Part shown: positions 39,033-48,007 of the stretch, in pieces
Numbering within the stretch: the first letter of the stretch is position 1
Layout of the letters: each line of letters begins with the position of its first letter
From: Gammaproteobacteria bacterium
GTDB taxonomy: Bacteria; Pseudomonadota; Gammaproteobacteria; Natronospirales; JAJUFS01
Reading direction: 5' to 3'
Length of the DNA stretch: 64,000 bases
NCBI GenBank assembly: GCA_033720895.1
Contig: JAWWBS010000002.1
Coordinates: 10,591 to 74,590 of the forward strand
Made by a program: the position numbers and the translations under genes
The notes under the pieces: model-generated
The model's database searches: none
Told to the model about the DNA's origin: nothing
Seen by the model: the letters and a program-made list of their open reading frames with translations, nothing else

Positions 39033-39593
39033 TCAGGCAGCCTGTCGGTCTGCCTCGGCATCACCGCCGGCGGCTTCGATGGCGGTGGCTGCAGCGTGCA
39101 GCACGGCCGCGATGCGCACCGCGCTCTGGATGCCCTCGGCCGAAACGTCATGCTTGCGCAGGACCTTTTCATGCGACTCGATGCACATGCCACAGCCGTT
39201 GATGGCGGAAACTGCGATGCTCATCAGCTCGAAGCTGGCCTTGTCCACGCCAGGATTCTGCATGGCATTCATGCGCAGGCGAGCCGGCAGCTTGGCGTAC
39301 TCGTCATTTCCGACGAGGTGCAGGAAACGGTAGTAGACATTGTTCATGCCCATCAGCGCTGCCGCAGTTCGTGCCGAGTCGATTTCTTCGGCCGACAGCG
39401 TTTCACTGACCGCCTCCTCGGTAGCTGCTGTCAGGGCCGCGTTACGCGCGGCGAAGGCGGATGCCAGCGTGACCAGAGCGATCTGTTTTTCATCCAGCCC
39501 CGGGGCACCCGAGTCCTTCAACACCGACGAAACATTCAGGCGGATGTCCTTGGCAAAGCCAGGAACAAGACTCTTGATCGGATCGATATTCAT
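39033..39593 (-). CDS. ahpD: Alkyl hydroperoxide reductase AhpD (carboxymuconolactone decarboxylase family)
   Basis: MNIDPIKSLVPGFAKDIRLNVSSVL... with the AhpD catalytic CxxC-containing motif INGCGMCIESHE. GGAGA SD is present. It lies downstream of ahpC. Confidence 0.9.
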   Translation of the reverse strand: MNIDPIKSLVPGFAKDIRLNVSSVLKDSGAPGLDEKQIALVTLASAFAARNAALTAATEEAVSETLSAEEIDSARTAAALMGMNNVYYRFLHLVGNDEYAKLPARLRMNAMQNPGVDKASFELMSIAVSAINGCGMCIESHEKVLRKHDVSAEGIQSAVRIAAVLHAAATAIEAAGGDAEADRQAA

Positions 39594-39748
39594 GCGTGAA
39601 TCTCCTTTTCTGTGCGGCCTTCAGCCAGTTCGATAAACACGACTTCAGCGACGGCCGGCGGCTTTCGAAGTGGTTTCTTCTTGGCCAGGGCCGGTGACGA
39701 CAAGGTCGTCACCAGCATCACGGCCATCACCAACGTCATGGGCTTCAT
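39590..39748 (-). CDS. Candidate small protein (52 aa) with an N-terminal hydrophobic segment, between ahpC and ahpD
   Basis: The ATG lies 10 nt after the ahpC stop, and its TGA overlaps the ahpD ATG (ATGA). The sequence is MKPMTLVMAVMLVTTLSSPALAKKKPLRKPPAVAEVVFIELAEGRTEKEIHA. GC3 is high in the first 30 codons. No obvious SD, and no homology that I recognise. Confidence 0.4.
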   Translation of the reverse strand: MKPMTLVMAVMLVTTLSSPALAKKKPLRKPPAVAEVVFIELAEGRTEKEIHA

Positions 39749-39758
39749 GCGAACGGCC

Positions 39759-40298
39759 TCAGGCGGCTTCGAGGGTGTCGTCACCCTGCGTCCAGTTGCA
39801 CGGGCACAGCTCGTCCGTCTGCAGGGCATCAAGGACACGCAGCACTTCGTCCGGGTTGCGACCGACATTCATGTCGGTGACCATGGCGAAGCGGATGATG
39901 TTGTCCGGATCGACGATGAAGGTGGCACGCTTGGCGACGCCCTCTTCCTCGTCAAGGATGCCGAGACCGCTGGACAGCTTGCGATTGACATCAGCCAGCA
40001 ACGGGAACGGCAGGTCCTTCAGTTCTTCCTTGTCCTTCCGCCAGGCCATGTGCACGAACTCGTTGTCGACACTGGCACCGAGAACCTGGGCATCACGATC
40101 GGCAAAGTCTTCGTTCAGCTTGCCGAATGCCGCGATCTCGGTCGGGCAGACAAAGGTGAAGTCCTTGGGATAGAAAAAGACGACCTTCCACTTGCCGGGA
40201 TAGGACTCGTGGGTGACCTCCTCGAAGGCCTTGTCCATATCGGTCGACACGGTCGCGGTGGTCTTGAACTCGGGGAACTTGTCTCCAACGGTCAACAT
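39759..40298 (-). CDS. ahpC: Peroxiredoxin AhpC (AhpC/TSA family, AhpD-coupled type)
   Basis: MLTVGDKFPEFKTTA...WKVVFFYPKDFTFVCPTEI (peroxidatic Cys) ...DELCPCNW (resolving Cys region). AAGGAG lies 8 nt upstream of ATG 40298. Confidence 0.93.
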   Translation of the reverse strand: MLTVGDKFPEFKTTATVSTDMDKAFEEVTHESYPGKWKVVFFYPKDFTFVCPTEIAAFGKLNEDFADRDAQVLGASVDNEFVHMAWRKDKEELKDLPFPLLADVNRKLSSGLGILDEEEGVAKRATFIVDPDNIIRFAMVTDMNVGRNPDEVLRVLDALQTDELCPCNWTQGDDTLEAA

Positions 40299-40392
40299 GT
40301 TCATTACTCCTTGAGTGTGGGTTTGCGTTTCAACGGTCGCCATTGAAACGCAGCAGCACTTATAGGTCTAATGAATTGTTATTTCCGCATTG

Positions 40393-40407
40393 ATAGCTTT
40401 ATTCTAT
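40393..40407. promoter_or_regulatory. LysR/OxyR-type ATAG-N7-CTAT motif in the AT-rich ahpC upstream region
   Basis: ATAGctttattCTAT was read directly. A second, imperfect copy (ATAGgtctaatGAAT, 40362..40376) lies 31 bp away. A TATAAG -10-like hexamer on the ahpC strand overlaps the second copy. Confidence 0.4.
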
Positions 40408-40423
40408 TTTTCAATAAAAACAG

Positions 40424-41764
40424 TTAGTTAAGAGATTCCTCAAGTCGGTTTCGAATCTCCGGCAGCCAGTGCAGGTGTTCCGGCTTCATCAGGCAGGAGC
40501 GCAGCAAGGTGATGCTGTCGCTATTCCACTCCAGTTGCGGCCACCAGGGTTCGATCAGCGCCCGCGGGAAACGCGCGACGGCAATATGCAGGTCCTGCTT
40601 CGCCGCGGCTTCGAAAATTGCCTGGCTGCGAGCCGAGACCGAAGCACTGTCTCCACCCTTTTCTGCAAAGAGAATGATATCCAGCTCCGGCGGCATGAAG
40701 GTCTGCCAGTGTTCGGACTGTGCAAGATCCCCATGCAATTGATGCGCGGCGGTCAGGCAACGATCGAGATCGTTGGCAAACTCGCCACCTCGCTCGGGCG
40801 GCAGCAACTGGTGCGTTGCCCACAGCGCAACGGCAGCAGCACCGGCGCGCGAACACTCCAGCGAAATCTCGCCGAGGTGCAGTTCGTCGGACGAGAAATA
40901 GGTGTACGGGGAATCATGGGCGTAGTGACGGCCCACTTTCGGATCGCGGAACAGGATGCAGCCGCAGCCGTAGGGCTGCAGGCCATGCTTGTGCGGATCG
41001 ATGACGACCGAGTCCGCTTCGCGGATCATGCCGTAGGCCATGACCGCTTTCTCCGACAGGCCTTCCGCCAGCATGAAGTAACCGCCGTAGGCCGAATCGA
41101 CGTGGACGCGCACGCCGTGCTCGCGTGCCAGCCGGATAATGTCGACCAGCGGATCGACCGCACCGGCCGCGGTGGTGCCGAGTGTCGCGACGATGGTGGA
41201 AACCCCGCCCTGCTTCAGCCGTTGTTCCAATGCGTCCATGTCCATGCGCGCAAAGCGATCGACCGGGACGGATTCGAACGGCAGGCGCAACACGCCGGAA
41301 ATTCTCGAGTGGGTGTAGTGCGCTTGCTCGGAAGCCAGGATGACACCTTCGCGTTCCTGACCCGCGACATAAAGCGCTTCCAGGTTCGCCATGGTGCCAC
41401 CCGAGGTCAGGTGGCCAAGGTGCTGCTCGCCAAAACCGAACATGCCAGCCAGTTCCGCAACCACTTCCTTTTCCATTGCCGAGGATGCGCGACCGCCATC
41501 GAGCGCGTGGTTGTTCGGATTGATGAAGGTAGCCAGCCAGTAGGCGAGCTGCGCGACGGGGTGCGGCGGCTTGAGCATCTGCCCGGCATAGAGCGGATGA
41601 CCATAGGGGAAGTTGTCATGCAGCCGTTCGGCCGTGCGGCCGAGTACATCCTTGATCGCGTCCCAGTCCGGTGCCGAGTCATCGGCGGGCAGGTTGGAAT
41701 AGCCGGCAGCGAGTTTCGCTACGGCGTCTTCGATCAGCGGGAAACGCTCGCGATCAAACCACAT
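40424..41764 (-). CDS. Pyridoxal-phosphate-dependent group II decarboxylase family protein
   Basis: HLTSGGTMANLEALYVAG, HVDSAYGG and the PLP-lysine context SVVIDPHKHGLQPYGCGCILFRD are present. It lies 25 nt downstream of dctM on the same strand. Confidence 0.8.
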   Translation of the reverse strand: MWFDRERFPLIEDAVAKLAAGYSNLPADDSAPDWDAIKDVLGRTAERLHDNFPYGHPLYAGQMLKPPHPVAQLAYWLATFINPNNHALDGGRASSAMEKEVVAELAGMFGFGEQHLGHLTSGGTMANLEALYVAGQEREGVILASEQAHYTHSRISGVLRLPFESVPVDRFARMDMDALEQRLKQGGVSTIVATLGTTAAGAVDPLVDIIRLAREHGVRVHVDSAYGGYFMLAEGLSEKAVMAYGMIREADSVVIDPHKHGLQPYGCGCILFRDPKVGRHYAHDSPYTYFSSDELHLGEISLECSRAGAAAVALWATHQLLPPERGGEFANDLDRCLTAAHQLHGDLAQSEHWQTFMPPELDIILFAEKGGDSASVSARSQAIFEAAAKQDLHIAVARFPRALIEPWWPQLEWNSDSITLLRSCLMKPEHLHWLPEIRNRLEESLN

Positions 41765-41789
41765 GGGGAGGCCTCTTCTTGTCCGGCCC

Positions 41790-43070
41790 CTACTCTACCA
41801 GCGTCATCGACAGGGAAGGAACATAGGTGATGACCAATACCGAGATCAGCAGGATCGCCAGGAACGGCAGCGTTGCCTTGTAGAGCAACGTGACCGGCTT
41901 GTCGAAACGGAAGCTGGCAATGAACAGGTTCAAGCCGACGGGCGGCGTGGAATAACCCAGCTGCATGTTGGCCAGGAAGATGATGCCGAGATGCACCGGA
42001 TGAATGCCGTACTGCACGGCAATCGGCAGGATCAGCGGCACGATCAGCACGATGGCCGAGAAGATGTCGAGCATCGCACCCAGCAGCAACAGGAACACGT
42101 TCAACAGCAGCAGGAATGCCAGCGGGCTCTCCACCCAGCCACTGATGGTATTGAACAGCTGCTGCGGCACACCGGCATCGATCATGTAATTCGTCGAGGC
42201 GAGCGACACGCCAAGAATGACCAGCACGCCCCCAACCAGCACCATGGACTCGCGCATGATGCGCGGCAGGTCGGCAAGGGAAATCTCCCGAAGGATGAAC
42301 ACCTCGACCAGGATGACGTAAACCGCCGTGACAGCAGCTGCTTCGGAGACAGCAAAATATCCGGAATAGATGCCACCGAGCACGATGAACGGCAACGGCA
42401 GTTCCCACTTGGATTCATTCAATGCCGCCTTCATTTTCGACCACTCGAATCTCTCCAGCGGCATGTCGTTGGCACGGTTCACCCACAGCGCGTAAGCGGA
42501 GAGCATGAACAGCATCAGCAGGCCCGGGAAGATGCCAGCCAGGAAAAGGTCATCGATGGATACCGACTCGCCGACATTCACCTGCTGCGCGACAATGCCG
42601 TACAGAATCAGCGGCAAGGACGGTGCAAACAGCAGGCCGAGGCTGCCGGATGTCGTGATCAGGCCGAGGTTGAACTTCTCCGGGTACCCGGCCTGGTTCA
42701 ATGCCGGGTAGAGCAGTGCGCCCAGCGCGATGATGGTGACACCGGAGGCGCCGGTGAACGCAGTGAAGAACGCACAGGCACCCAATGCAACGATCGCAAG
42801 ACCACCGGGCATCCAGCCGAGCATGCCACGCGTCATGCGCACCAGTCGGCCCGGCGCACCGGATTCGCTGAGGAGATAACCTGCAAATGTGAAAAGGGGA
42901 ATCGCAACAAGAATCGGCATTTCGGCAATGCGGAATATCTCGATACCCATGACCGAGAGGTCGATGTCTTCCTGGTAGAAAGACCACATGGCACTGCCAG
43001 CGATCACCGCGAAAAGCGGCGCGCCGAAAAGCGCAAGCAACAGCAGCAACAGCAGGATGACAATTGTCAT
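41790..43070 (-). CDS. dctM: TRAP transporter large permease subunit
   Basis: A 426-aa polytopic membrane protein with a DctM-type sequence (MTIVILLLLLLLALFGAPLFAVIAGSAMW...). It forms an ATGA overlap with dctQ. Confidence 0.9.
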   Translation of the reverse strand: MTIVILLLLLLLALFGAPLFAVIAGSAMWSFYQEDIDLSVMGIEIFRIAEMPILVAIPLFTFAGYLLSESGAPGRLVRMTRGMLGWMPGGLAIVALGACAFFTAFTGASGVTIIALGALLYPALNQAGYPEKFNLGLITTSGSLGLLFAPSLPLILYGIVAQQVNVGESVSIDDLFLAGIFPGLLMLFMLSAYALWVNRANDMPLERFEWSKMKAALNESKWELPLPFIVLGGIYSGYFAVSEAAAVTAVYVILVEVFILREISLADLPRIMRESMVLVGGVLVILGVSLASTNYMIDAGVPQQLFNTISGWVESPLAFLLLLNVFLLLLGAMLDIFSAIVLIVPLILPIAVQYGIHPVHLGIIFLANMQLGYSTPPVGLNLFIASFRFDKPVTLLYKATLPFLAILLISVLVITYVPSLSMTLVE

Positions 43071-43576
43071 TGCGCATCTCCTGCCGATTGCGGGGAAAGC
43101 AACTCGACCAGTCGCTCGACAGCCAGCACGAGATAGCGCCAGGCGATCAGGCCGAAACCGACGGGCAGGATCGCCTGCCACATCCATATGGGCAGCCCCG
43201 CCAGCTCGACGTCACTCCAGGTGAATTCGTCACGCACGAACTGGTAGCAATACCAGGCCAGCAAGGAACAGATAATGAAGGTGAAGAGCGCCACCACCAT
43301 CTGCAAGACGGCAAGCGCGCGACCCTTGAGAATGCGCGACAACACATCGATGGCGATATGCTTGTTTTCGCGCGATGCCGCAACGGCACCCAGCATGCCG
43401 ACCCAGAGCACCAGCACCTTCAGCATGGGGTCGGCCCAGGCAAAGCCGAAGTCGAAAACGTTGCGCAACAGGATCTGCCCTGCCGACAACAGGATGAGGC
43501 TGCCCAGCATCAATGCCAGCAGCGCATTCTCCAGCCAGCGACCGCCTCGGTCAGCCCGTTCAAGCCAGGTTTTCAT
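43067..43576 (-). CDS. dctQ: TRAP transporter small permease subunit
   Basis: A 4-TM DctQ-like protein. I prefer ATG 43576 (AAGGA upstream). The ORF could instead begin at GTG 43603, directly after the dctP stop. Confidence 0.85.
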   Translation of the reverse strand: MKTWLERADRGGRWLENALLALMLGSLILLSAGQILLRNVFDFGFAWADPMLKVLVLWVGMLGAVAASRENKHIAIDVLSRILKGRALAVLQMVVALFTFIICSLLAWYCYQFVRDEFTWSDVELAGLPIWMWQAILPVGFGLIAWRYLVLAVERLVELLSPQSAGDAQ

Positions 43577-43603
43577 CCGTCCTTGCATGTTGGCAAAGAT
43601 CAC

Positions 43604-44617
43604 TCAGTGGGAAGCCTGGCCGCCATTGCGCTTCTCTTCGAGAAGATCGTAAACGCGGTTGGTCAGCTCGACGGAAAACTCGCCCTCGGCTGCCAGCTGG
43701 CGGCTGACCTTTTCCGAAGTCGTACGCCATTCTTCCAGGCCGGCATCGGTCGGCTCGACGAATTCGATACCCTGGCCCTTCAATGCTTCATGCGCCGAGT
43801 TGTTGTCCTTTCGATTCTGCTGGTTGAGCGCTGCAAACAGTCGCTCCAGTTCGTCACGCACGACCTTACTGTCGGCATCGCTGAGCTGCGCATAACGCTT
43901 CTTGTCGATGGCGAATACACCCATCAGGTACATCAACGGTTCGTCCGTCATGTACTGCACACGGGTGTGCCACTGGAAGGCGATGGCACCCAGCGGTGAT
44001 GCGCCGATTGCCGAGACCAGGCCAGTCTGCAAGCCGGTCATCACGTCCGTGATCGGCAAGGTGACCGGGGACACGCCCAGTGCACTCAGGACGTCATAGG
44101 AGATCTTGTCTCCTTCCGGCACCCAGGACTTCTCGCCATCGAGATCGGCTGCGGAACGAATCGGCGACTTGGACATGATCTTGGCAAAGCCCCCATCGGC
44201 AAAACCGAAGGTGACGAATCCCGCATCTTCCAGGCCTGCTTTCAGCACCGGGTCGAGTTTGTCTCGGACATAATCGACTTCGTCGTGGCTGCGGAACGCA
44301 AACGGCAATGAATAGACGAGGATGTCCGGATAGACCTCGGCGATGCCGCCTGCCGTGAACGCTGCGCCATGCAACTGGCCGATGCGAATCTTCCGGAGCA
44401 CGCTCTTGTCATTGCCCATGACACCGCCCGGGTAGAACTTGAATTTCACACGACCGTCCGTCGCATTGGCAATCACTTCTGCCGACTTGCGCATCTCGAC
44501 CATCCAGGACGAGCCGTCAGGAGCCAGCGTGGCAATCTTGAACGTGGTTTCACCGGCATGGGCCGGCAGAACAAAGGCGGCTGCCAGCAGCAGCCCGGAA
44601 ATGACAAAACGCTTCAA
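43604..44617 (-). CDS. dctP: TRAP transporter substrate-binding protein (DctP family; TatP-like partner of TatT)
   Basis: It has a TTG start with GGAGA SD, a signal peptide (MKRFVISGLLLAAAFVLPAHA) and a DctP-type periplasmic binding fold sequence. Confidence 0.88.
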   Translation of the reverse strand: MKRFVISGLLLAAAFVLPAHAGETTFKIATLAPDGSSWMVEMRKSAEVIANATDGRVKFKFYPGGVMGNDKSVLRKIRIGQLHGAAFTAGGIAEVYPDILVYSLPFAFRSHDEVDYVRDKLDPVLKAGLEDAGFVTFGFADGGFAKIMSKSPIRSAADLDGEKSWVPEGDKISYDVLSALGVSPVTLPITDVMTGLQTGLVSAIGASPLGAIAFQWHTRVQYMTDEPLMYLMGVFAIDKKRYAQLSDADSKVVRDELERLFAALNQQNRKDNNSAHEALKGQGIEFVEPTDAGLEEWRTTSEKVSRQLAAEGEFSVELTNRVYDLLEEKRNGGQASH

Positions 44618-44677
44618 GGTGATTCTCCGCTCTGAATTCAGGATGGCAGCGCCACGGCCTGGCCAGCCACAAGGTAA

Positions 44678-45526
44678 TTAGAAATAGTCATCTGCCGAGG
44701 CAAGAAGTTCCCGGGCCTGCTGCTTGGCCATGACATTCAGCAGGGTCTGGCCTTCGGCATTTACATCCGCCTCGAGCACGTCGTTCAAGAGGCGATCATG
44801 CAACTCGCGATCGAATACCAGGCGGGCATAGCTCTCTGCCATCGCCACCTTGGCGCCTAGGTTGGTACCACCGGACATGTCGATGGCCCGCTCGAAATGC
44901 TTGCGAGCCTCCTCCGGCTTGCCGCCCAGCGCAGGCGGGCGAACGGTCAGCAGCATGCCCATGTACTGGTGGGCCGTTCCCTGCTCCCAGGTTTCGTCTA
45001 TTCGCAGCACCGTCTTCAGCAGTTCCTCGACGCGTGGCAGGTCGGCAACCGCAGACCAGTCGGTGGAATGCGCCCGGATCCAGACCAGCCAGCTCTGCGC
45101 CAGGGTGCCGAGAAACGGCAGGTCATCCTCGTCATCACGTTCGGCGAGTCGACGTGTCAGCTCGGGGAACGCCATCTTGTCCAGGCCACACAGCTCGTCC
45201 TCGTACTCGCACAGCGCACGGCGAGCGTAATCATAGGACCGGTCCGACAGGCGCATGGCACGCTCGGTGTCCGTGATGAAAATGCCGGTGTACGCCGCGT
45301 ACAGGCTGGCGCCGACACGCAGGCTGTCCTCGTCGTCCGGATCGCCGGTAATGAAACTGTCCACCAGTACCAGGTAGGCCGGCGCAGCATCCTGCACCAC
45401 GCCCGGATCATCATGGTTCAGGATGGCACGCGACAGGTTGTCCGTGGCACCACTGACCAGGCTGGCGCAGCCACTGCCCAGCAGGGTGACCAGCGGCAAC
45501 AGCAACATGAAAATCCGTTCTCTCAT
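44678..45526 (-). CDS. tatT: TRAP-transporter-associated TPR lipoprotein TatT
   Basis: It has a lipobox (LLGSGC). The body matches my recollection of the TatT family (..NHDDPGVVQDAAPAYLVLVDSFI..; C-terminal LLNDVLEADVNAEGQTLLNVMAKQQARELL). It lies immediately upstream of dctPQM. Confidence 0.8.
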   Translation of the reverse strand: MRERIFMLLLPLVTLLGSGCASLVSGATDNLSRAILNHDDPGVVQDAAPAYLVLVDSFITGDPDDEDSLRVGASLYAAYTGIFITDTERAMRLSDRSYDYARRALCEYEDELCGLDKMAFPELTRRLAERDDEDDLPFLGTLAQSWLVWIRAHSTDWSAVADLPRVEELLKTVLRIDETWEQGTAHQYMGMLLTVRPPALGGKPEEARKHFERAIDMSGGTNLGAKVAMAESYARLVFDRELHDRLLNDVLEADVNAEGQTLLNVMAKQQARELLASADDYF

Positions 45527-47494
45527 CTATCGCTCCGTCAGCGGCGACTGCGGCAGGCCACGGGATTCGGTCCCGCGCTCCAGCAGCTCGACCTGCTGCA
45601 AGTGATTCCGCAGGACCGCCTTGCGGCCCGGGTCGCGTGTGGCATTCAACAAACCCTGGAACTGCACCCGCGCATCGCCGTACAGCCCTGCTTTTACCAT
45701 TTCCTCGCCAGCCCTGAACTTCGACGTCTGCGCCCAGGGATCGGCCGCATAGGGATCAAACAGCAGTGCGGACCTCAGGTATTCCCGCGCGGCATCGGCA
45801 TGACGGCCCATTGCACTGAGCGAATCCGCGATCCAGTAGTGTAGTTCCCGCCGCGCCTGTTCCGAAGCCTCAAGCATGGACAATTGGTGAAAGAAGCGCA
45901 GCGCGGCGGCGTGTCGACCGAGGGTCTGGAGGTCGAACACGACCTGCAGGACCCGATCGCGATCCAGCGTGTACTCGCCGCTGGCGCGTCCGCCAAACAG
46001 GGTCTGCAAGGCATCGATACCGGCATCGATCGCGCCGCCCAGCAGCAGCACGCGCGCCCGGCGCAAATGCCATTCCACCGGGTCGGTCTCCTCCGGCGCC
46101 TGCTCGAGGCCGCGTACCAGCTTCGACGCCAGCGGAATGTCGGGAATTGCCAGCACGTGATTGACCAGCAGGTAACGAACAGCGGGCGGAATGCTGTCAG
46201 GCGTCGGGAAATGCTCCGAATCGAGATACAGCGCCTGCATCAGCTTGCCGCCACTGGGGACCCGCTGGTCCAGCAACGAGGCCAGCTGCCAGTGGGCAAT
46301 GTCGGCCTGGTCTTCTCGAAAAGCCTGGCGTGCAACGACGGCAAACAGGGCTCTCGCCTGGACGGGACTCTTGTCATAGCGATTGGACGCCGCCAGGAAC
46401 CAGGCCTCGTCCTCGCCCACGATCAACTGCTCCTGGTTGCCGAGACGCTCGCCATACTTCACGTAGGCATCCCACAAGGCGTCGGCATTGATCTCGATGA
46501 TCGGTGCTACGCCCGGCTCCGGTGAAAGGATCAGGCCACGTTCGAGTGCCGCGATTCGTGCTTCGCGACTGTTGAGCATGTCTGCAGCTTCCGCTGCCAC
46601 TGCCCAGGCCTCGCGGCGCAGTCCTTCCTTGATGTTCTTGTCCACGCCAAGCGAGACCGCCTGCTCGACGATCTTCTCCGGGGGTGTCGCGCCGGACCAC
46701 AACTTGCCGATCATGCGCAGTACCTGCGCATTCTGCGTATTGACGTCTTGCAGCAGTGCGACGGCCTCCTCGGGTGCCATGACCCGCAACGCAAGTCGCG
46801 CACGCTCGATGGTCCAGTCGTCATCCTGCAATTCGTAATCCTGCTGGTAACGCTGGATGGCCATGCGCGCCTCGTCGAGCAGGTCGGCTTGCTCATAGGC
46901 GCGGATCAGCAAACGCTGCCAGCCCATGCGCTCGGCCGTCGACAGCTGGCTGTCACTCCAGATCAGTCCCCGCAGGACGGGAATGGCTTCTTCGCCACGC
47001 TGACCGGCAACCAGCGCGGTAGCCAGTACCGATTGCGTCCAGCGCTGGTCCAGCAAGGACAGTGTCGATGGCAGCTCGCCGGAGAGATGCGCGATCAGTC
47101 GTTCCCAACGGCCACCCCGGCGCAGTATTTCCACCCGCAAGCGCTCGAAATTGCGCCAGGCTTCCGGATCCTTGTCGTAACTGGCCTGCGCCTCACCCAG
47201 CAGGTCTAGCGCAAGCTCCGGCGCACCGGCCATGGTCAGGCGCTGGATTTCTTCGATGGTGTCGGATGCGAACTGAGGTTCCGGCGGGGCTGCTTCGACA
47301 AGCTCCACCGCATCATCCCCGACCGTGATGTCACCATCGACAGCGTCAGCGACCTCGCCCTCGTCCGGCAGCGTGTTCGTGTCGGGCTGGCTGCTTATCG
47401 GGAAGGTTTCGGTACCGCCAGTCGCTGACGGCTCGCCACCCGCCGCAGGGGCAGCCAGCAAGACCAGGAGAAGGGAAGTGAATATCGGCTTCAT
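45527..47494 (-). CDS. Secreted ~655-aa all-helical (TPR-like) protein, unknown function
   Basis: It has a signal peptide (MKPIFTSLLLVLLAAPAAG), an acidic Pro/Thr-rich linker, then ~550 aa of helix-repeat-like sequence. Its stop TAG abuts the tatT ATG (TAGATG). I recognise no family. Confidence 0.6.
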   Translation of the reverse strand: MKPIFTSLLLVLLAAPAAGGEPSATGGTETFPISSQPDTNTLPDEGEVADAVDGDITVGDDAVELVEAAPPEPQFASDTIEEIQRLTMAGAPELALDLLGEAQASYDKDPEAWRNFERLRVEILRRGGRWERLIAHLSGELPSTLSLLDQRWTQSVLATALVAGQRGEEAIPVLRGLIWSDSQLSTAERMGWQRLLIRAYEQADLLDEARMAIQRYQQDYELQDDDWTIERARLALRVMAPEEAVALLQDVNTQNAQVLRMIGKLWSGATPPEKIVEQAVSLGVDKNIKEGLRREAWAVAAEAADMLNSREARIAALERGLILSPEPGVAPIIEINADALWDAYVKYGERLGNQEQLIVGEDEAWFLAASNRYDKSPVQARALFAVVARQAFREDQADIAHWQLASLLDQRVPSGGKLMQALYLDSEHFPTPDSIPPAVRYLLVNHVLAIPDIPLASKLVRGLEQAPEETDPVEWHLRRARVLLLGGAIDAGIDALQTLFGGRASGEYTLDRDRVLQVVFDLQTLGRHAAALRFFHQLSMLEASEQARRELHYWIADSLSAMGRHADAAREYLRSALLFDPYAADPWAQTSKFRAGEEMVKAGLYGDARVQFQGLLNATRDPGRKAVLRNHLQQVELLERGTESRGLPQSPLTER

Positions 47495-47499
47495 GATGC

Positions 47500-47532
47500 A
47501 AAAATGGCGGGCCCCGGAAAGGTCCCGCCATT
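47500..47532 (-). terminator. Rho-independent terminator after rplS
   Basis: On the minus strand, AATGGCGGG-acctttccgggg-CCCGCCATT is followed by TTTG. It ends 5 nt before the ATG of the 655-aa gene. Confidence 0.75.
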
Positions 47533-47598
47533 CTAACGGTTCAGGTCGCTTGCCTGCATCCGGCAACTTTCGAGCGAAAGCCGGCCGAATGCAGTCGA

Positions 47599-47943
<345 letters not shown>

Positions 47944-48007
47944 CGTCTTTCACCTGTTAAGACAAATGTAAATTCGAGTTCGAGTCGCAGCCCTGTCATG
48001 TCCAACG

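Noticed and set aside
39590-39868. 92-aa version of the small ORF, overlapping the 3' end of ahpC
   Set aside because: The upstream 40 codons overlap ahpC out of frame and are Arg/Cys/Thr-rich noise. Only the 52-codon version starting after the ahpC stop is kept, as a low-confidence candidate.
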